Of a stretch of 64,000 nucleotides of DNA, positions 56,406 to 64,000 are shown piece by piece; positions within the stretch are counted from its first letter, which is position 1; each line of letters opens with the position of its first letter. The translations under genes and the position numbers were made by a program. The DNA comes from a virus (taxonomy: Duplodnaviria; Caudoviricetes). The stretch is taken from positions 22,210 through 86,209 of the IMG/VR virus record IMGVR_UViG_2935109043_000001; one strand, written 5' to 3'. The notes under the pieces are model-generated. The model did no database searches. It saw only the letters and a list, made by a program, of their open reading frames with translations, and had not been told where the DNA came from.

Positions 56406-58699
56406 CCAGCGTCGACCGTCTCGCCCTGGAGGTGGCCAGGCTCCGCCGCGAGGTCGCCGAGATGCGCAAGGGACAGCGCGTCGCGCACGGCGCCACCGTC
56501 GAGGACGCCGCCATCGAGGTCCGCGATGATGCGGGCAGCCTGCGGGCCATCGTTGGGCAGCAGGGCGACGGCACCACCGGCATCCAGGTCGTCAACGGCC
56601 CGCCGCCGCCGGAGCCCACGCCGCCGATCCTGACGAGCGTCCTAGGCGGTGTCGCCGCGTCCTGGGACGGCCTGTTCGCGAACGGGGCGGTCATTCCGCT
56701 GGACTGGGCGCGCATCGAGGTCCACGCCGCCGCCGACGACGCGTTCGAACCCGGCCCGGCGACGCTCGTCACGACGATCGAGACGGCGCAGGGCGCCACC
56801 GTGATCGTGCCGACCGAGACGCCGGTGTACGTGCGGCTGCTGGCCCGCTCCACATCCGGCACCCCGTCGATACCGTCCGCGACGGCAGGCCCGGAGGGGC
56901 CGGCGCCGGTCGTGTCGACGGAGCTGCTCGACGGCATCGTCACCGAAACCAAGCTCGCCGCGGAGGCTGTGACCGCAGCGAAGATCAAGCTGGGTGCAGT
57001 CGGCGCCGACCAGCTCGCCCTCGGCGTCGGCAACCTCGCCCCCGACCCGTCGTTCGAAGGCCCTCGTACCGTGGCGCTCATCGACGGCCTGCCGGACTGG
57101 ACACTCGTCACCCCCGGCAGTGACAGCCCGACCGCCCTACACGTCGACTGCACCGCGCCCGCCACGGCGTGGAAGAACCTGGAGTTGGCGCGACTGCCTG
57201 TCCTGCCGGGGGAGCGGCACTACCTGGCGCTGGACTACCGGGTGTCCGCCGACTTCGACGGTGCTGGCGCGAAGGTGTTCTTCCGCTACGAGGACGCGAC
57301 CGGCACGGTCACCGGCTGGGGCGTCGCCGACGAGCCGCCTGTTCTGGGCGGGCCGTGGACACGGGTGACGGCTCAGGTGATGGCGCCGCCGGAAACGGTC
57401 GTCGCGGTGCTCGTGGTGGAAGCGTCTGAGGTGACGGTGGGGGAGGCGTGGTTCGACAACGTTGAGGTGCGCACCCTGATCGCGGGTGGCATGGTCGCGG
57501 CGGGCACGATCACGGCTGCTGAGATCGCCGCACTGTCGGTGGAGACCGGGCATCTGGTCGCTGAGGCGGTGTCGGCGGAGAAGATCGCCGCTGAGGCGGT
57601 CACCGCGGAGAAGATCGCTGCTCTGGCGGTGACGACGGACAAGCTCGACGCCAACTCGATCACGGTGGGGAAGCTCGCAGCCGGGTCTGTGGACGCGACC
57701 GCGCTGGCGGCCGACGCGATCACCGGCAAGGTCATCACGGGTGGCGAGGTCAACGGCGCCACGGTGACGGGTGGGCAGCTTCGCACCGCAGCGTCGGGGC
57801 AGCGCATCACCCTCAACGAGGCCAACCAGAACAAGGTCATCATCTACAACGCTGCTGGCACCCCCATCGCCGAGTTCTCCTACCGGGGTCTCGCCATCCA
57901 AGGAACCTCCGGCGCGCAGGTGTGGCTCGACCCGGAGAACACGTATCCGAACCTGCGCCTCACCAACGCCTCCCGCTTGAACTCGGCGGTCATCAACGTC
58001 GTCGAAAACACTCCGAACAGCGCCAACCTCGGACTCAACAGCGGCACGTTCACGGGCAGCGGCTACACCAACATGAAGTGGCGCACCTTCATGGGAGAAG
58101 ACTTCTGGGCTTCTGAGCGCATCCGCGACAACCAGCAGGCCATCATCATCGGCGGGCGCCAGTACCTCGACGCTACGTCAGCCAGCTTCGGCTACGTCGA
58201 CACCACCGGCGCCACCACGGAAGCCTTCATCCGCTGCACTCCCGGCGTGATCATGCCTCGCGCCCGGGTCAACATCCAGCCCATCACCGGCGACTCCAAC
58301 AGCAGCCTCTTCGCGCAGTCCGGGCCGGGACAGACCGGGAACCTCCTCAGCCTCTACAACAGCACAGCAGGCGCCTACCGCATGCAGGTCGACCTCGCTG
58401 GCAACACCAACATCGCGGGCACTCTCAGCGCGGGGAACATCGCCACCGGCACGGTCACGATCACCCCGTCGGCCGCCCACACCCCCACCAGCGCCAGCGT
58501 CAACTTCAACGTCACCGGCTCAACCGTCCGCGCCTACGCCACAGCCCAAACCACCGTGCCCGGCGTCCGAACCCCCGCCGGGGCGTCCGGCGTCACCGGC
58601 GTCGGCGTCTCCTCCATCACGAACAACTCGATGCTCGTGTGGGTCAACCGTGAGAACACAGTCGCAACGAACATTCACTGGATGGTGATCGGATCATGA
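56402..58699 (+). CDS. Tail fibre/receptor-binding protein with a carbohydrate-binding-like domain
   Basis: NLAPDPSFE...WFDNVEV domain; AVTAEKI repeats. Confidence 0.8.
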   Translation: MTSVDRLALEVARLRREVAEMRKGQRVAHGATVEDAAIEVRDDAGSLRAIVGQQGDGTTGIQVVNGPPPPEPTPPILTSVLGGVAASWDGLFANGAVIPLDWARIEVHAAADDAFEPGPATLVTTIETAQGATVIVPTETPVYVRLLARSTSGTPSIPSATAGPEGPAPVVSTELLDGIVTETKLAAEAVTAAKIKLGAVGADQLALGVGNLAPDPSFEGPRTVALIDGLPDWTLVTPGSDSPTALHVDCTAPATAWKNLELARLPVLPGERHYLALDYRVSADFDGAGAKVFFRYEDATGTVTGWGVADEPPVLGGPWTRVTAQVMAPPETVVAVLVVEASEVTVGEAWFDNVEVRTLIAGGMVAAGTITAAEIAALSVETGHLVAEAVSAEKIAAEAVTAEKIAALAVTTDKLDANSITVGKLAAGSVDATALAADAITGKVITGGEVNGATVTGGQLRTAASGQRITLNEANQNKVIIYNAAGTPIAEFSYRGLAIQGTSGAQVWLDPENTYPNLRLTNASRLNSAVINVVENTPNSANLGLNSGTFTGSGYTNMKWRTFMGEDFWASERIRDNQQAIIIGGRQYLDATSASFGYVDTTGATTEAFIRCTPGVIMPRARVNIQPITGDSNSSLFAQSGPGQTGNLLSLYNSTAGAYRMQVDLAGNTNIAGTLSAGNIATGTVTITPSAAHTPTSASVNFNVTGSTVRAYATAQTTVPGVRTPAGASGVTGVGVSSITNNSMLVWVNRENTVATNIHWMVIGS

Positions 58700-59064
58700 C
58701 CAGCCCCCTGAACCCCGACAAGCAGCCTGCACTCGACACCCCGGACGGTGACGAGCTGCCGTGGACGCCACCGGACCCCGGCCCCGTCACCGACCCTGAC
58801 CCGGAGCCCACTCCCGACCCGACACCCGACCCGTCCGAGGTCCCCGACCCCGACACCATCGCGTGGGAGCCGCAGACCTGGTACTCGGCGACCGTCGTCT
58901 GTCGGACCAGCGGCTGCCCCAACGAGAACCGCGTCGTCGACGTCCCCCTCGTGTACAGCAACAACGGTGTCGCCTCCTACGTCCAGGTCGTCGACGGCAC
59001 CTGCGGCAAGCGCTCCCAGTTCCTCACCGCCACCAAGCTCGACCCCCAGCCGGAAGAAGAGTGA
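58696..59064 (+). CDS. Small tail-associated protein (Pro/Asp-rich, Cys motif)
   Basis: PDP repeats; CRTSGCPN...GTCG. Confidence 0.65.
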   Translation: MTSPLNPDKQPALDTPDGDELPWTPPDPGPVTDPDPEPTPDPTPDPSEVPDPDTIAWEPQTWYSATVVCRTSGCPNENRVVDVPLVYSNNGVASYVQVVDGTCGKRSQFLTATKLDPQPEEE

Positions 59065-59075
59065 CCCCGAACAGG

Positions 59076-59105
59076 GGCAACACATCCCGGTCTAGGCCAT
59101 AGCCT
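59076..59105 (+). promoter_or_regulatory. Late promoter motif upstream of the lysis module
   Basis: GGCAAC-N18-TAGCCT. Confidence 0.6.
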
Positions 59106-59216
59106 GAACCCAGGGCGACCCTCCGCCCCCTGTGCACCATCTCCCGAGGGACGACCACCACCGTGGTCCGCCGACCACCAGCTCATGGGCGCGGGGAGAT
59201 CCAGGAGCACGGGCGA

Positions 59217-60038
59217 GTGCCCGACACCACCATCCGGCAATACGAAGTAGCAGGCCACCTCGGCCGGCACCAGGTCTTGGACCCGCGCAGCCTCGCCTAC
59301 CGGCGGCGCTACGACGGGCAGCCGCTCCGCGCCACAGCGTGGGAGCCACGCGTCCCGGTCCTCGACCAGCGGAACCTGCACGCCCAGGGGGTCCGCACCA
59401 GCGTGCACGGTCACGCCGAGGACGTGGACGCGCTCGCCTCCTGCACGGGTAACGCGGCTGTCGCTGCCCTGTCCGTGCTCCTCACCCCCGAGCGCGCCAC
59501 GCAGGCCGGACTCGACACCCGCGGCCCCGCCGCCTGCCAGAACTATGCGATCGGCCTGTACTCGCAGGCCACCCACCTCGACCAGTGGCACGACTACGCG
59601 TGGCCGTCGCAGGACACCGGCTCATCCGGGCTCGGCGTCGCCAAGGCCATGCGTGCGCGTGGGCTGATCGACCAGTACGGGCACGCCACCACCGCCGAAG
59701 AGCTGTGTGTGCTGCTCCAGACCGGGCCGGTGCTCCTCGGCATGCCTTGGCATGCGGCGATGTCCGAGCCCGACCCGGACGGGTTTATCGACTCCGACCC
59801 TGCTTGGCAGGACAGCCCGGTGGAGGGCGGCCACGAGGTGTGTGTGACCGCCCTGGAGGCCGTCGCGACGGACGGCGACCAGCTCATGCCCGAGCACACG
59901 ATCCTCCGCATCCGCAACTCGTGGGGCAGCAGTTGGGGCGACCACGGTGATGGCCGTCTCCGCCTCACCACCTACCTCAAGCTCCGCCCCGAGATCGACC
60001 TCATCCAGCCCCGCCTCGACACAAGGACCCGCCCATGA
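59217..60038 (+). CDS. Papain-like (C1) cysteine peptidase
   Basis: LDQ...SCTGNA; GGHE; RNSWGSSWG. Confidence 0.88.
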   Translation: MPDTTIRQYEVAGHLGRHQVLDPRSLAYRRRYDGQPLRATAWEPRVPVLDQRNLHAQGVRTSVHGHAEDVDALASCTGNAAVAALSVLLTPERATQAGLDTRGPAACQNYAIGLYSQATHLDQWHDYAWPSQDTGSSGLGVAKAMRARGLIDQYGHATTAEELCVLLQTGPVLLGMPWHAAMSEPDPDGFIDSDPAWQDSPVEGGHEVCVTALEAVATDGDQLMPEHTILRIRNSWGSSWGDHGDGRLRLTTYLKLRPEIDLIQPRLDTRTRP

Positions 60039-61555
60039 CCACCTGGCACGTCGCCGTCGACCACGTCGAAGACGACCACATCACCACCACCTACTTCGGC
60101 ACCTGCGACCAGGCCCACATCGACGAGGTGCGCGCCATCGCAGACCTCGACGAGTCCGGCCGCCTCGTCCGCGAGCACCCCCGCACCGAGGGCGCGTTCT
60201 GTGTCCTGCGTGAGGACGGCGACCTCGACGTGTACGTCCCCGACGGCGTCACCGAAGACCGCGTATACGCCCCGGACCCCGACCCCAAGGGCGAGAAGAT
60301 CGGCTCGGCCGAGTGGAGCTGCCACGAAGACGGCTGCTCGTGGACGTACAGCGCCCCCATCGTCGACAACGCGGTCCGCGCCGAGGGCTACAACGAGGCG
60401 CACCAGGCGCACCAGAAGGAAGCCCACGGCAAGCAGGTCGACACCGGCGGGGTCCTCGAAGCAGGAAGCACGTCCGTCTTGGGGGAGGACGGGCCCGAGG
60501 AGTACGTACCCCTACCCCGCGGCGCGTCCGGCCCCGCCTACGTCGCCGGAGTCACCCGCTTCGGCGGACAGGCCATCGGCGGCGCCATGGACACCCCCGG
60601 CAACCCGCCCCGCGTCGTCTGGCACACCACCGAGTCGCCCGCCGGCGGCTCCTACTTCACGTCGATCGCCGCCTACCTGATCCGGGTCGGCGCCGAACCG
60701 CAGGTCATCTACGACCCGGTCACCGACAAGCTCGGCCAGTTCGGGCCCCTCAACCGGTCCGGCCGCGCCCTCCGCAACGACGGCAGCCGCCGCACGAACC
60801 GTGAGGGCAAGGTGTGCATCCAGGTCGAGGTACTCGGCCGCGCCGCGTTCCCGTGGACGAAGGGCTTCGACCCGGCGGAGAAGCCGAACTTCCGGAAGCT
60901 CCTCGCGGCGATGCGGGCACACGGTGTGCCCGACACGTGGCCGGCGGGGAAGCCCCCGGCGACGGCCGCGGCCGCGACGAAGCGGGTCCGGTCGACGTGG
61001 CAGTCGAAGGGCGGCCACTTCGGGCACTCCCAGGTACCCGGTAACGATCACTGGGACCCGGGCGGCATCGACACCAGCATCGTGCCGGGCAAGGCCGGCG
61101 GATCGAGCGGCGGCGACACCAAACCGCCGACGACCAGCGGCACGTACACGGTGAAGAAGGGCGACACCCTGTCCGCCATCGCTGCGGCGCACGGCACCAC
61201 GGTGAAGGCCATGGCCGACCTGAACGGCCTGAAGGACCCGAACAAGCTGTCCGTCGGGCAGAAGCTGAAGGTCCCCGGCAAGGCGTCCACCCCGGCGAAG
61301 CCGCAGTACGAGCCGTTCCCCGGCGCCGCGTTCTTCCACACCGGCCGGAAGAGTCCCATCGTCACCGCGATGGGCCGGCGCCTCGTCGCCGAAGGGGTCG
61401 CCAAGTACAAGCAGGGCCCCGGCCCGAACTGGACCAACGTCGACAAGGCGTCCTACGCCGCCTGGCAGCGGAAGCTCGGCTACTCCGGCGCCGACGCCGA
61501 CGGCATCCCCGGCAAGACCTCGTGGGACAAGCTCCGCGTCCCCAAGCAGCTCTGA
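60035..61555 (+). CDS. Endolysin: N-terminal extension, Zn amidase, LysM, peptidoglycan-binding domain
   Basis: WHTTE; [14 protein letters not shown]; [13 protein letters not shown]; [11 protein letters not shown]. Confidence 0.93.
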   Translation: MTTWHVAVDHVEDDHITTTYFGTCDQAHIDEVRAIADLDESGRLVREHPRTEGAFCVLREDGDLDVYVPDGVTEDRVYAPDPDPKGEKIGSAEWSCHEDGCSWTYSAPIVDNAVRAEGYNEAHQAHQKEAHGKQVDTGGVLEAGSTSVLGEDGPEEYVPLPRGASGPAYVAGVTRFGGQAIGGAMDTPGNPPRVVWHTTESPAGGSYFTSIAAYLIRVGAEPQVIYDPVTDKLGQFGPLNRSGRALRNDGSRRTNREGKVCIQVEVLGRAAFPWTKGFDPAEKPNFRKLLAAMRAHGVPDTWPAGKPPATAAAATKRVRSTWQSKGGHFGHSQVPGNDHWDPGGIDTSIVPGKAGGSSGGDTKPPTTSGTYTVKKGDTLSAIAAAHGTTVKAMADLNGLKDPNKLSVGQKLKVPGKASTPAKPQYEPFPGAAFFHTGRKSPIVTAMGRRLVAEGVAKYKQGPGPNWTNVDKASYAAWQRKLGYSGADADGIPGKTSWDKLRVPKQL

Positions 61556-61585
61556 CCACCCCCATCCACACCCCAGGAGTCCACC

Positions 61586-61948
61586 ATGCTGACCTTCAAG
61601 CGGGAACCCGCTCTCTTCCTGACCCTCATCGCCGTCGCGCTCAAGACCGGCGCCGCGTTTGGCCTCAACGTCAGCGGCGAGCAGCAGGCCGTCATCAACG
61701 CGGTCGCCGCCGCCGGCGTCGGCCTCCTCGTCGCCGTCCTCGCCTCCGATGGCATAGGCGCCGCAGTCCTCGGCTTCGTCCAGGCCGTCATCGCCCTCGC
61801 CGTCGGATTCGGCGCCGACTGGTCCGCAGAGCAGCAGGCGATCGTGCTGTCCCTCGTCGCCGCGGTGGTCGGCATGTTCGACCGCACCCAGGTCACCGCT
61901 CCAGTGCCCGCCACGGCGAAGCCGACCGCCGTCACCCCCTCTTCCTGA
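61586..61948 (+). CDS. Holin
   Basis: REPAL; four TM segments; RTQVT; follows the endolysin. Confidence 0.8.
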   Translation: MLTFKREPALFLTLIAVALKTGAAFGLNVSGEQQAVINAVAAAGVGLLVAVLASDGIGAAVLGFVQAVIALAVGFGADWSAEQQAIVLSLVAAVVGMFDRTQVTAPVPATAKPTAVTPSS

Positions 61949-61974
61949 CCTGAGACCTCACGGGAGTAACAGTC

Positions 61975-62319
61975 ATGGCTGGTGAGCCGTCTCTGGGTGA
62001 GCTGGGGCGGCTCATCCAGGCACTCCGCGAAGAACAGCGCGAGAACAACATGCAGGTCAACGCCCGCCTCGACAAGCTCGTGTCCGCCGAGGTGTACGCC
62101 GTCGAACGCGCCGTCATGCAGAAGGACATCACCGACCTGGAGAAGGCCGTGGAGAGTATCCAGACGCAGCGACGCCAAGACGTCGACAGCATGCAGGCGC
62201 AGCGGCAGCAGGACGCTCTGCGCGTGACGAACACCAGGCGGTGGGTGGTGGCGTCGGTGCTGATGCCCGTCCTCGGCCTGGTCTTGCCGATCCTGCTGTT
62301 CCTGGCGGGGGGTAAGTGA
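61975..62319 (+). CDS. Coiled-coil membrane protein of the lysis module
   Basis: EPSLGEL; C-terminal TM helix. Confidence 0.75.
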   Translation: MAGEPSLGELGRLIQALREEQRENNMQVNARLDKLVSAEVYAVERAVMQKDITDLEKAVESIQTQRRQDVDSMQAQRQQDALRVTNTRRWVVASVLMPVLGLVLPILLFLAGGK

Positions 62320-63002
62320 TGGGTACGCCGACGCGGCTGGAGGCGCTGAAGGAGCGGCGTCGGGGGAATGTGGCGGCGGGGCTGGTCGCACTGTTCGGTG
62401 CGGCTGTCCTCGCCCTCACCCTGACCGCGTTCATGGTCTTGTACCGGGATTTGGAGCGCGCGAACGAGGCTCGGGATCAGCTCGCTACGCAGGTGGAGGA
62501 GTTGGGCGCGACGCCGGTTGCGGGCCCGCCGGGGTCACGGGGTGAGCCCGGCCCTGCTGTCACGGGCCCGCCAGGCGCTGACGGCCGTGACGGTTTGGAC
62601 GGTGCCGACGGGCAGCCTGGTGAATCGGGACCGACCGGCAAGCCCGGGACTGACGGTGCTGATGGTGCGGACGGGCAGGACGGGGAACCCGGCGAGGCTG
62701 GAGGTGACGGGGCGGACGGCGTTTCCGGACCGGCGGGCGCTCCTGGTCCGGCTGGTCCTGCCGGCCCGCGAGGGGAGACCGGACCGCAGGGACCGGCTGG
62801 GCGGAACGGCTCGGATGGCAAGGACGGCCGTGATGGGCAGGCCTGTCCGTCGGGGTTCGAGTTGCGGCCGTGGGCGTTGGACGACGACGTGTTGGTGTGC
62901 CAGCGGGTGTCGGGCGGGGACGGGTCGTCGCCGGACCCTGATCCGTCGGGGTCGTCTCCGGCGGTGGGGATGTTGGCGCCGGAGCGTCGCCGTCTCCTGT
63001 GA
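62316..63002 (+). CDS. Membrane-anchored collagen-like protein
   Basis: TM helix, coiled coil, G-X-Y repeats, CPSGF...LVC. Confidence 0.85.
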   Translation: MMGTPTRLEALKERRRGNVAAGLVALFGAAVLALTLTAFMVLYRDLERANEARDQLATQVEELGATPVAGPPGSRGEPGPAVTGPPGADGRDGLDGADGQPGESGPTGKPGTDGADGADGQDGEPGEAGGDGADGVSGPAGAPGPAGPAGPRGETGPQGPAGRNGSDGKDGRDGQACPSGFELRPWALDDDVLVCQRVSGGDGSSPDPDPSGSSPAVGMLAPERRRLL

Positions 63003-63131
63003 CCTCATGCCCGTGTCCGACGAAAAACGGAACTAAATAAGGGTCATCAAGCAACTCGAACCAGTTCCCCCAGACAACAACCCTGCAATCTAGGGGCAAC
63101 AGGTGCCCGCACCTGCCCATACGCTCACCTC

Positions 63132-63704
63132 ATGCTGCTCTCCGACTGCCACATACGCGCCGCCATCAGTACCGGCCGGCTCGCCCTGTCCCCGTACGAT
63201 CCGGAACTCGTCCAGCCTGCGAGTGTCGACGTGCGGCTGGGCAACGAGTTCCGAGTGTTCGAGTCGCACCGGTACTCGCACATCGACCCCGCGGTGGATC
63301 AGCCGGGCATGACACGCCTGGTGTCGCCGGCGGCGGGGGAGCCGTTCGTGCTGCATCCGGGGGAGTTCGTGCTGGCGTCGACGCTGGAGCGTGTGGGCCT
63401 GGGTCCGGATGTGGCGGCCCGGTTGGAGGGGAAGTCGTCGTTGGGGCGTCTGGGGTTGGTGACGCATGCGACAGCGGGGTTTATCGATCCGGGGTTCGCA
63501 GGCCACGTGACGCTGGAGCTGTCGAACGTGGCGTCGCTTCCGATGAAGCTGTGGCCGGGCATGCGCATCGGCCAGCTGTGCCTGGTGGAACTGTCGGGCC
63601 CGGCGGAGCGGCCCTACGGCAGCGAGGGGCTCGGGTCGCGGTACCAGGGGCAGTCGGGGCCCACTGAGTCGCGGTCACATGTGCGGTGGCCGGGGTGTGC
63701 CTAG
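63132..63704 (+). CDS. dcd: dCTP deaminase
   Basis: [11 protein letters not shown]; [10 protein letters not shown]; AGFIDPGF; SRYQGQ; probably leaderless after GGCAAC-N19-TACGCT. Confidence 0.96.
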   Translation: MLLSDCHIRAAISTGRLALSPYDPELVQPASVDVRLGNEFRVFESHRYSHIDPAVDQPGMTRLVSPAAGEPFVLHPGEFVLASTLERVGLGPDVAARLEGKSSLGRLGLVTHATAGFIDPGFAGHVTLELSNVASLPMKLWPGMRIGQLCLVELSGPAERPYGSEGLGSRYQGQSGPTESRSHVRWPGCA

Positions 63705-63739
63705 TAGTCCCCTGACCCCTCACCGCTAGGGTGGGGGCC

Positions 63740-64000
63740 ATGACCTGGTTGATCACTGGCGGCGCCGGATACATCGGTGCGCACGTAGTCCGCGCCCTGG
63801 ACGAGGCCGGCGAGAGCGCCGTGGTCCTCGACGACCTCTCCACCGGTGTCGAAGGCCGCCTCCCCGCGTCCGCCACCCTGGTTCAGGGCAACACCTTGGA
63901 CCGCGCGCTGCTCGACGAGGTCTTCGCCGGCCACGCCATCACCGGCGTCATCCACACCGCCGCGAAGAAGCAGGTCGGCGAGTCGGTCTCGCTGCCGCTG
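63740..64000 (+). CDS. galE: UDP-glucose 4-epimerase, 5' part (truncated by window end)
   Basis: MTWLITGGAGYIG; LDDLSTG; AAKKQVGES. Confidence 0.9.
   Translation, partial: MTWLITGGAGYIGAHVVRALDEAGESAVVLDDLSTGVEGRLPASATLVQGNTLDRALLDEVFAGHAITGVIHTAAKKQVGESVSLPL

Larger units (their letters stand above)
1..63704. mobile_element. Temperate siphovirus-type prophage with an embedded conjugative-transfer-like module; boundaries not determined
   Basis: Ordered terminase-portal-scaffold-capsid-tail-tape measure-lysis genes plus replication and regulatory genes; no integrase in window. Confidence 0.93.

Noticed and set aside
57500-57730. 30-bp periodic repeats
   Set aside because: In-frame AVTAEKI peptide repeats typical of tail fibres.
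56402-58699. Diversity-generating retroelement acting on the tail fibre
   Set aside because: No reverse transcriptase and no template/variable repeat pair seen.
58770-58860. CCCGAC repeats as a TraB clt site
   Set aside because: Explained by Pro-Asp/Thr-Pro coding in a tail-region protein far from traB; no independent support.
62520-62840. Novel DNA repeat
   Set aside because: Explained by collagen-like G-X-Y coding.
1-64000. Integrase and att sites
   Set aside because: No tyrosine or serine recombinase motifs were recognised in the window, so att sites cannot be assigned.

Overview
High-GC actinobacterial DNA, most likely Streptomyces, that is almost entirely one temperate siphovirus-type prophage. 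No integrase or att site is visible, so the left end probably lies outside the window. Layout: (i) 1-15.1 kb, two convergent early/accessory operons (ssb, LuxR-HTH, NERD, HIT, many small ORFs), each headed by the same ~33-bp palindrome and meeting at a type III polyketide synthase plus an MmyB-family regulator. (ii) 15-23 kb, ATP-dependent ligase, a divergent HTH pair, a replication initiator with internal iterons, and an ABM-monooxygenase/XRE-TPR operon at the immunity position. (iii) 23-32 kb, an AICE/plasmid-like transfer module (NUDIX, Spd-like membrane proteins, FtsK/TraB ATPase). (iv) 34-63 kb, an apparently complete virion and lysis module (terminase with a class 3 intein, portal, capsid, tail with -1 frameshift, tape measure, papain-like peptidase, amidase-LysM endolysin, holin), followed by dcd and the start of galE. 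Most notable: a candidate phage-encoded polyketide signalling circuit, a phage/conjugative-element hybrid architecture, tRNA-minihelix 'punctuation' elements, a repeat-delimited gene cassette array, and a shared promoter motif linking the PKS to the late genes. All annotation is by eye from motifs and gene order; no database searches were run.
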